Source of the DNA: an uncultured Gammaproteobacteria bacterium | GTDB lineage: Bacteria > Patescibacteriota > Microgenomatia > UBA10105 > UBA927 | NCBI GenBank assembly: GCA_964442525.1 | Contig: CAYTZO010000001.1 | Coordinates: forward strand, 2,039 to 48,003 | Direction of reading: 5' to 3' | Length of the DNA stretch: 45,965 nt | In this document: positions 6,914 through 13,874 of the stretch, piece by piece | Position numbering within the stretch: the first letter of the stretch is position 1 | How the letters are laid out: each line of letters starts with the position of its first letter | Program-made: the position numbers and the translations under genes | The notes under the pieces: model-generated | The model's database searches: none | The model's input: only the letters and a program-made list of their open reading frames with translations | Told to the model about the DNA's origin: nothing

Positions 6914-8812
6914 ATGCAAAAACTCATTCATTTTTCTCATGTTTTATCGCAGGATTTTTTTGTCGGCCCGAGTACGTTTGCACGTTTTCAAGTAATTCTT
7001 GCGCCTGCCATTGGTTTGGGAGGGGGGTTTGGTCCGGTTGGCCTTGGACCAGACCGGATGGTTTGGCGAGGAGATCATTCATTCAGCGCCTCAGCAGTTT
7101 CCTATTCGCTCTCGCATTTCCTTGAGCCACACGTGCAAGCGCAGCATCCTGATTGGTCAGCATCTCAAATTAGGGTGGAAGCCCGAAGAGAAATGGCGAT
7201 CGCGCTTTGGGAAAATCATTCGTTTTCTACCAAAGAGCGCAAAAGACAAAAAGAAATTCAAAAAGAATGGAACGTTGTTGAAACATCACCAGGAGTCAAA
7301 GAGTTGACTGCGACGTTCGGGAATCAACGATATACGCTTCATGAGCTTTGGGCACATACATATCAGGCCTTGAATGATAAGGATAATCCAAAAACATATA
7401 ACCCGGCTGCTTATAATGCCGAAGAAGCAGAAGCACAGTTTGCTATAGAAAAAAAACTTGTCTCTGGTGAAGCGGCAGCAGCCCTCATCATGCTCTCTGA
7501 TCCTGACGGATTTCGTTACGGGCAGATCTGGAAATCGGGTCAAGATGGGACATTTCATACGGAGGTTATTGATTTGGGTTTGGTTGCAGGCAAAGACTTT
7601 TTACAACAAGAGTCGGTAGAGTTGTTAAAGCACGTGAAGGGGTTTTATGAAGAGAAGAATCAGAGCGTTATTGATACAGGAATATTATACCCAGTAATCC
7701 TTTTGAAGGAAGGAGCAATTCGGAAGGAAGACGTAGAGACCATCACATACGTTGAGGCGATTGCTAACACAATTCCTCAAAAAGAAGCCATGTTTCACCC
7801 GACAACTGTTTCGACAGAAGTCCGTGTTATATCTGATGTTACGAATCAGTCGTACGACGCAACGAAAAGAACAGCGGATTATGCTTTTTCCGTCGGTGTC
7901 GCCGTGACGGATTCGGTCAAAGCAACCATTCAGCGAAAGATTCAGCAGTATAAGGAAAACGTGCGGACGTATCAGACGACAAAAAAACAAGTTCCTCTCG
8001 TCGTAGATTTTTTGCAGGAGAAAATGGAAGAACCACGAAGGAGAAAGTTCGTTAGCGAACCCAAAAAACATCCTGTGACTCTTTTTGAAGTCGGGGAGCA
8101 AGCTGCGCGAGCGCCGCTGATACGTTTTGCTCTTGAGAAGAAAGCATTTCCTATATTTTTAAAAAAACAACACGAAAACCGTTCAAAAGAAACAAGGATC
8201 TTTGTTAGAAAACCAGAGAGTAAAAATCAGAAAAGGGAAAAAGAAGGAAAACGATTTTTTATAACAGCAAGAAGGGTAAAAGAAAGTGTTTTTTCGAAGG
8301 ATAGGAAAAAGAAACAGTTTTGGAAAGAAATTATTTTTAGTAGCAAGAAAGTTCTCGCAAAAACGAAAGACACGAAGGTCTCCCATCTGCCAGAAAAGAG
8401 ATTTTTGAAAAAAGAATTTCGTTTATGGAAAACACTTCGATTTTTGGCGCGATTTGTAGAAAAGAGGCCACAGCGAATTAAGATTATTCTGGAGAGAAAA
8501 CAGGAGAAGAAAGAAAAATTGGCGCTAAGGAAGCGCGAAACAAAACAGAGTGTTCAACGATTTGCATTTCTCTTGGTTGTGTGGAGCCTTTTGCACATCC
8601 CAGACCATTCTGAAAAGTTTCGAGTCTCAAAGAAGAAAATAGAATTTGGGAAAGAGGCCGGAAGTCATTCATATCAGTGGGTTCTTTTGACCATTATCTC
8701 GCTTCTTGCGGCGATCCGGGAACAGGGGATGAAACAGGCCTATCAAATAAAACCAAAAAAGAAATTTCTAACATTTCCCACACAGGGAGTAATATTCGCC
8801 TTAGCTTCGTGA
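6914..8812 (+). CDS. Hypothetical 632-aa protein with a globular N-terminal half, an extremely K/R/E-rich C-terminal half and two terminal hydrophobic segments
   Basis: Long uninterrupted ORF with no family I recognise. The 3' half is visibly A-rich from Lys codons. Confidence 0.6.
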   Translation: MQKLIHFSHVLSQDFFVGPSTFARFQVILAPAIGLGGGFGPVGLGPDRMVWRGDHSFSASAVSYSLSHFLEPHVQAQHPDWSASQIRVEARREMAIALWENHSFSTKERKRQKEIQKEWNVVETSPGVKELTATFGNQRYTLHELWAHTYQALNDKDNPKTYNPAAYNAEEAEAQFAIEKKLVSGEAAAALIMLSDPDGFRYGQIWKSGQDGTFHTEVIDLGLVAGKDFLQQESVELLKHVKGFYEEKNQSVIDTGILYPVILLKEGAIRKEDVETITYVEAIANTIPQKEAMFHPTTVSTEVRVISDVTNQSYDATKRTADYAFSVGVAVTDSVKATIQRKIQQYKENVRTYQTTKKQVPLVVDFLQEKMEEPRRRKFVSEPKKHPVTLFEVGEQAARAPLIRFALEKKAFPIFLKKQHENRSKETRIFVRKPESKNQKREKEGKRFFITARRVKESVFSKDRKKKQFWKEIIFSSKKVLAKTKDTKVSHLPEKRFLKKEFRLWKTLRFLARFVEKRPQRIKIILERKQEKKEKLALRKRETKQSVQRFAFLLVVWSLLHIPDHSEKFRVSKKKIEFGKEAGSHSYQWVLLTIISLLAAIREQGMKQAYQIKPKKKFLTFPTQGVIFALAS

Positions 8813-8824
8813 TATGATAAACCT

Positions 8825-9262
8825 ATGAACGACCTGCCAACCCCATCTAATGATGCTCAGAGCGTTCCCGCCCCCTCTACGCCGATTTCGGCAAGCGCGC
8901 CAACAAAAGAGAAGGAGACTGTGATAACGGGAGGTATTGAAGCGCCCGCGCTCAAAGAGATTGGTCGCGAGGCGCCCTTGACGCCAGAAGTTATTTCAGC
9001 CGGGGTAACCGGGCAATTTACGTCGGTATCCTTGCCTTCGGCAGTACAACAACTGGGGGTAAAACCGGTTGGCGATGCACAAACTCCCCCTGCCGCCGCA
9101 GCCGTCGTTTTGCCGCTTACTGATGACCAAATCGTACAGGGACTCCATCAAAGCATCACGAGTTCTTGGAGGTGGCTCGCACAATGGTGTTTGCGCAGAT
9201 TAAAACAAGTGCATCTGGCCATCAAAAAAATTCATGGGAAGTTTACGCGAGTAACATCATAA
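8825..9262 (+). CDS. Hypothetical 145-aa protein with a Pro/Ala/Thr-rich N-terminal part and a basic amphipathic C-terminus
   Basis: TGaTATGAT -10 box 6 nt upstream of the ATG. The stop lies 3 nt before the next gene. No recognisable domain. Confidence 0.55.
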   Translation: MNDLPTPSNDAQSVPAPSTPISASAPTKEKETVITGGIEAPALKEIGREAPLTPEVISAGVTGQFTSVSLPSAVQQLGVKPVGDAQTPPAAAAVVLPLTDDQIVQGLHQSITSSWRWLAQWCLRRLKQVHLAIKKIHGKFTRVTS

Positions 9263-9265
9263 TCT

Positions 9266-11614
9266 ATGCCAAGTGCGTATCTTGATCTTGTCTATCAGCT
9301 GCAAGTTCTTGCAATAACCCTGGTTATTATGGTAATCGTTGCCGCCGGCTTTGCCGCCTTGGGGTATGTCATTTTCTTAATATGGAAATACCGAAACCGT
9401 GAGGAACAATCCCTTTCCTACGTCCTTCTCCAGGTTGCGGTCCCACGGGATAATGAGATAAAGATTGACGCTGCGGAACAGCTTTTTGCAAGTCTGCATG
9501 GCACCCTGAAAGGGGGATTTTGGTCATTTCTTAAGCCGCAGCAACATTTTTCATTTGAGATCGTCGCAAAAAAAGAAGACATTCGTTTTTATATTTCCGT
9601 TCCGAAAAAACTCGTTGATCTTGTCGAAAAACAGGTCCATGGTGCATACCCCGGCGCGGACGTAAAAGAAGTCGAGGAATATAATATCTTTTCAGAGAAC
9701 GGAAAAGTTGCTTTTGCGGCGTTAACGATCAAAAACGCGGACTTTTTTCCGATCCGTGTCTACCGCGACCTGCCGACCGATCCTCTCTCTTCCATTAGCT
9801 CAGTGCTTGCAAAAATGAGTGAGGGAGAGGGGGTCGCCGTCCAGATTCTTATTCAGCCGGCAGCAGGCAAATGGGCAAAATTAGGGAGAAGTTATATTGC
9901 AAAAGTTAAAAAAGATGAGGCCAATCCCGAGAAAGCGAGTTTTAAAGTTGACCCGAAGACGCTCGAGGCCATTGAACAAAAAACAGCGAAACCCGGATTT
10001 AACACGGTAATACGGCTGGTTGTATCGTCGACGTCAAAGGAAACCGCGGATGCGCATTTATCGAACTTACTTACTGCATTTTCTCAGTTTTCTTCTGACA
10101 ATAATTCGTTTACCAAAACGAAGTTGCCACTAAAAAAACTTTTTATGATGGATTTTGTCTACCGGTATTTTCCGCCGGCAAATTTTCCGTTTTTTAAGCA
10201 ATACGGCATCCTCAATAGCGACGAACTCGCAACCATTTACCATTTGCCAAATAAATCCATTGAGACCCCGCACATTTTGTGGCTGAATTCCAAGCGCGCA
10301 CCGGCCCCCATGCAGATTCCTACAAGCGGGTTGTTCTTTGGCATGTCACGCTACCGCGGGGTTGAGCGGCCGATCTATGTCGGTGAAGACGATAGGCGTC
10401 GTCATATGTATGTAATCGGCAAAACCGGCACGGGAAAATCTCAACTGCTGGAAGAGCTCACGATGCAGGACATTAAAGCCGGTCGGGGTGTGGCCGTCAT
10501 TGATCCGCACGGAGATCTTATCGATGGCATCCTCTCGCGCGTTCCTCCGGAGCGGGCTGAGGACATAATTTATTTTGATCCTTCTGACACGGAGCGGCCG
10601 ATGGGACTCAATATGCTTGAAGCGTACACGGAGGAACAAAAACACTACGTGGTAACCTCCATCGTCGGTCTCATGTACAAACTCTATGACCCCATGAAAA
10701 CCGGTATCATCGGCCCGCGGTTTGAACACGCCATCAGGAACGCCATGCTTACGGTTATGTCGGAGCCGGGCAATACGTTTGTCGAAGTTGTCCGTGCCCT
10801 CACGGATAGTTCGTTTGTCCAGGAGCTTCTCCCTAAAGTCCAAGACCCAATTATCCGCCGATACTGGACCGATCAGATAGCTCAAACTGCAGACTTTCAT
10901 AAATCAGAAGTTCTCGACTACATCGTCTCGAAGTTCGGGCGGTTCGTTACCAATAAACTCATGCGCAACATCATCGGCCAATCACAATCGAGTTTTGACT
11001 TCCGCAAAGTCATGGATGAGGGCAAAGTACTCCTCATTAATCTCGCAAAAGGCAAAATCGGCGAGGAAAACAGCAACTTTTTGGGTCTTATTCTTGTGCC
11101 GAAGATTTTGATTGCCGCAATGAGCAGGCAGGAAATTGAAGAGGAAAAGCGACGGGATTTTTACCTCTACGTTGATGAGTTCCAGAATTTTGCTACGCCG
11201 GACTTTGCTCAAATTCTTTCCGAAGCAAGGAAATACCGGCTTAACCTTATTGTTGCAAACCAGTTCATCGGTCAAATGGAGGAAGAGGTCAAAAATGCCG
11301 TGTTTGGCAACGTCGGGACGCTGGTTGCTTTTCGTGTCGGCGTCACTGATGCCAATTATCTTCAGCATGAGTTTCAGCCGACATTTAATGAAACGGATCT
11401 TATTAACGTTGACCGGTTTAATGCGTACGTTAAGACAATTGTGCAAAATGAGCCCGTAAAACCATTCAGCATCGATTTGACCAAAGACATGAGTAAAATT
11501 AATGCCGTACGAAATGCGCAGGTTGCAAAGGCAGTCATACAACTCTCGCGGCTCAAATACGGCCGCTCGAAAGAGCTGATTGAAGCAGAGGTGACGGAAC
11601 GAGCACGGCTGTAG
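9266..11614 (+). CDS. VirD4/TraD/TrwB-like type IV coupling protein (T4CP)-family ATPase, membrane anchored
   Basis: N-terminal TM hairpin. Walker A in RHMYVIGKTGTGKSQL, then VIDPHGDL, FDPSD..PMGLNMLE, Walker B FYLYVDEFQNF, and RKYRLNLIVANQ. This pattern matches the TrwB/TraD coupling-protein family. Confidence 0.75.
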   Translation: MPSAYLDLVYQLQVLAITLVIMVIVAAGFAALGYVIFLIWKYRNREEQSLSYVLLQVAVPRDNEIKIDAAEQLFASLHGTLKGGFWSFLKPQQHFSFEIVAKKEDIRFYISVPKKLVDLVEKQVHGAYPGADVKEVEEYNIFSENGKVAFAALTIKNADFFPIRVYRDLPTDPLSSISSVLAKMSEGEGVAVQILIQPAAGKWAKLGRSYIAKVKKDEANPEKASFKVDPKTLEAIEQKTAKPGFNTVIRLVVSSTSKETADAHLSNLLTAFSQFSSDNNSFTKTKLPLKKLFMMDFVYRYFPPANFPFFKQYGILNSDELATIYHLPNKSIETPHILWLNSKRAPAPMQIPTSGLFFGMSRYRGVERPIYVGEDDRRRHMYVIGKTGTGKSQLLEELTMQDIKAGRGVAVIDPHGDLIDGILSRVPPERAEDIIYFDPSDTERPMGLNMLEAYTEEQKHYVVTSIVGLMYKLYDPMKTGIIGPRFEHAIRNAMLTVMSEPGNTFVEVVRALTDSSFVQELLPKVQDPIIRRYWTDQIAQTADFHKSEVLDYIVSKFGRFVTNKLMRNIIGQSQSSFDFRKVMDEGKVLLINLAKGKIGEENSNFLGLILVPKILIAAMSRQEIEEEKRRDFYLYVDEFQNFATPDFAQILSEARKYRLNLIVANQFIGQMEEEVKNAVFGNVGTLVAFRVGVTDANYLQHEFQPTFNETDLINVDRFNAYVKTIVQNEPVKPFSIDLTKDMSKINAVRNAQVAKAVIQLSRLKYGRSKELIEAEVTERARL

Positions 11615-11674
11615 GGGTCTTTCGTGTTTCTCCTCTTTACTTTTTCCAAAAAATCATTACGCTACTACATATTC

Positions 11675-12691
11675 ATGCGTATAGCATTTACCTATAACAT
11701 TCGTCATGTGAAACCTGCTCTCAAAAAGCAAGCACAGGAGGAAGCGGAGTTTGATGAACCGGCGACAATCGAAGCGATCCATAATGCCATCGTTGCCAAC
11801 GGCTATCAGTGTATTGATATCGAAGCGAATGAGAGCGCGTACGAGAAATTAAGGAAATTACGGAATTCCATCGATCTTGTTTTTAATATAGCCGAAGGGC
11901 TCCATGGGGAAATCCGTGAGGCGCAGATTCCGGCAATCCTTGAGCTGCTTGGTATCCCTTATACCCACTCAGGAGCCCTTGCCCAGGTCATTTCCCTTGA
12001 TAAATCCCTGACCAAAAAAATCTGGCAGTACCACGGACTGCCGACGCCCAAATTTGTCTTTGTTGGTTTAGGTGAAAAACCGTATATCGAAAACCTAGAC
12101 TTTCCGGTTTTAGTCAAGCCGAACAGCGAAGGATCAAGTAAGGGAATTTTCAACGATAGCTTGGTTGAAAGCCCGCAGAAACTCATTGCCAAAATTCGGG
12201 AGGTTAAAAAACAGTACGGTGACGGCGTCATCATCGAAGAATTTTTACCCGGACGGGAATTTACTGTGACCGTGATGGGTAATAGTCAGCCGTATATGTT
12301 GCCGATTGTCGAACAGAACTACGATATTTTTCCGAAAAACCTCGGCAAATTCGTTTCCTATGAAGCAAAATGGCTGTTTGAAGATTCGCTTCCCAACCCG
12401 CATGATGCGTACATTTGTCCGGCAAAAATTTCCCCAACGCTCAAAAATCTCATCGAAAAACTTTGCATACAGGCGTTTACGGTGCTCGGGTGCCGTGACA
12501 TCGCGCGGATTGATCTGCGCCTCGATAGCGATGGAAAGCCGCAGCTTTTGGAACTCAACACGCTCCCCGGCATGATCCCGGACCCCAACGTGGTTTCCTA
12601 CTTTCCCGTTGCCGCCCGCACCGCCGGCTGGGACTATAACCGGATGATAGGCCAAATTATCACCCACGCGAGAGAGCGCCTCAGCATCTGA
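11675..12691 (+). CDS. ddl: D-alanine--D-alanine ligase family ATP-grasp enzyme
   Basis: ATP-grasp layout (KSLTKKIW..., VLVKPNSEGSSKGI, IIEEFLPGREFTV, RIDLRLD..LLELNTLPG). Start taken at MRIAFTYN (ATG at 11675). Confidence 0.75.
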   Translation: MRIAFTYNIRHVKPALKKQAQEEAEFDEPATIEAIHNAIVANGYQCIDIEANESAYEKLRKLRNSIDLVFNIAEGLHGEIREAQIPAILELLGIPYTHSGALAQVISLDKSLTKKIWQYHGLPTPKFVFVGLGEKPYIENLDFPVLVKPNSEGSSKGIFNDSLVESPQKLIAKIREVKKQYGDGVIIEEFLPGREFTVTVMGNSQPYMLPIVEQNYDIFPKNLGKFVSYEAKWLFEDSLPNPHDAYICPAKISPTLKNLIEKLCIQAFTVLGCRDIARIDLRLDSDGKPQLLELNTLPGMIPDPNVVSYFPVAARTAGWDYNRMIGQIITHARERLSI

Positions 12692-12713
12692 TTTTTGATA
12701 TAATTACTTTCAA

Positions 12714-12785
12714 GGGTGCGTAGTTCAGTGGTAGAACGCTACTCTTATAAAGTAGAAGTCCTTGGTTCGATCCCAAGCGCACCCA
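12714..12785 (+). tRNA. tRNA with anticodon TAT, i.e. tRNA-Ile(UAU) reading AUA; no encoded CCA
   Basis: The cloverleaf folds by hand: acceptor GGGTGCG/CGCACCC, D arm GTTC/GAAC, anticodon stem CTACT/AGTAG with loop C-T-TAT-A-A (anticodon 12746-12748), T arm CTTGG-TTCGATC-CCAAG, discriminator A. An extended -10 TGaTATAAT (12696-12704) lies 9 nt upstream. Confidence 0.85.
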
Positions 12786-12786
12786 C

Positions 12787-13308
12787 ATGGATGAACTCGT
12801 TGTCCTCGTTGACGATCACAATAACGTATTAGGTACGGTTCCGAAAGACAGGGTCCATACAAAAAATACCCCGCTTCACCGAGCGTTTTCGCTCTTCCTT
12901 TTCAATGCCAAAAACGAATTACTTTTGACCAAACGCGCAAAGTCCAAAAAAACATTTCCCGGCATGTGGACCAACACGGTCTGCGGACATATTGCTCCCA
13001 ATGAAACAACGGTTAATGCTGCGAAACGCAGACTGAAAGATGAGCTGGGAATTACCGGTGTCGAGGTGAAAGAAGTTTCCCCATACCGCTACCGTTTTGT
13101 CGATAAAAACGACGTCGTCGAAAACGAAATCTGCCCGATTTTGGTTGCTCATTCCGACGCTCATCCTATTCCAAACCCTTCCGAAGTTGAGGAGTGGAAA
13201 TGGATGCCGTGGAAAAAATTTCTTGAAGAAATCCAAACAAACGCATCGGTTTATTCACCGTGGAGCGTTGAAGAGGCAGGTATTCTCGACAAGAAAAATT
13301 TTGTATGA
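12787..13308 (+). CDS. idi: Isopentenyl-diphosphate delta-isomerase, type 1 (Nudix fold)
   Basis: LHRAFSLFLFN, WTNTVCGH (catalytic Cys) and ENEICP (catalytic Glu) motifs. The ATG begins 2 nt after the tRNA discriminator base. Confidence 0.85.
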   Translation: MDELVVLVDDHNNVLGTVPKDRVHTKNTPLHRAFSLFLFNAKNELLLTKRAKSKKTFPGMWTNTVCGHIAPNETTVNAAKRRLKDELGITGVEVKEVSPYRYRFVDKNDVVENEICPILVAHSDAHPIPNPSEVEEWKWMPWKKFLEEIQTNASVYSPWSVEEAGILDKKNFV

Positions 13309-13856
13309 AAAATATTCTCATTCTTCACGGAACAAACGGGAATGCACAAAAGAATTGGTTTCCATGGTTGAAACGGGAGCTAGAGAGAAAGGGTTATAAA
13401 GTTTGGATTCCGAACCTTCCGAAATCTGGTGAGCCAAGCATGCGCCGATATAACGACTTTATTTTTCCGAAATGGAAGTTTACCAGCGAGTCAATTATTA
13501 TTGGACATTCCTCAGGAGCAGTTGCTGCACTCGGCATCCTTCAAGAATTGCCAAGAAATACTGTTATCAATAAGGCAATTTTGGTTGCAGGTTTTACGAC
13601 GGATTTGGGATGGAAAGAAATGAAGGACTTGTTCGGTATCAGACTCAATTGGCAAAAGATAAAGAAGCAGGTAAGGAACATTATTTTATATCATTCAGAT
13701 AATGATCCGTATATTCCGCTCTGGCATGGAGAAAAACTAAAAAAACTTTTGGGAGCAGAACTCATTGTCATGTCAAAACAAGGGCATTTCAATGTCAGCA
13801 GCATGGGAAAGAAGTACACGAAATTCCCTGAACTTCTCGAAAAGATCGCGGAGTGA
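13305..13856 (+). CDS. YdeN/RBBP9-type alpha/beta serine hydrolase
   Basis: ILHGTNGN start, nucleophile elbow GHSSGA, and later DNDPYIP and GHF, giving a Ser-Asp-His layout. ATGA overlap with the idi stop. Confidence 0.75.
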   Translation: MKNILILHGTNGNAQKNWFPWLKRELERKGYKVWIPNLPKSGEPSMRRYNDFIFPKWKFTSESIIIGHSSGAVAALGILQELPRNTVINKAILVAGFTTDLGWKEMKDLFGIRLNWQKIKKQVRNIILYHSDNDPYIPLWHGEKLKKLLGAELIVMSKQGHFNVSSMGKKYTKFPELLEKIAE

Positions 13857-13874
13857 GAGTATAATTCCTCTACT

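Noticed and set aside
7115-7147. His cluster HFLEPHVQAQH in the 632-aa protein as a possible relaxase HxH-type metal site next to the T4CP
   Set aside because: The spacing does not match the HxDx..HxH relaxase motif, and no catalytic Tyr context is evident. The evidence is too thin.
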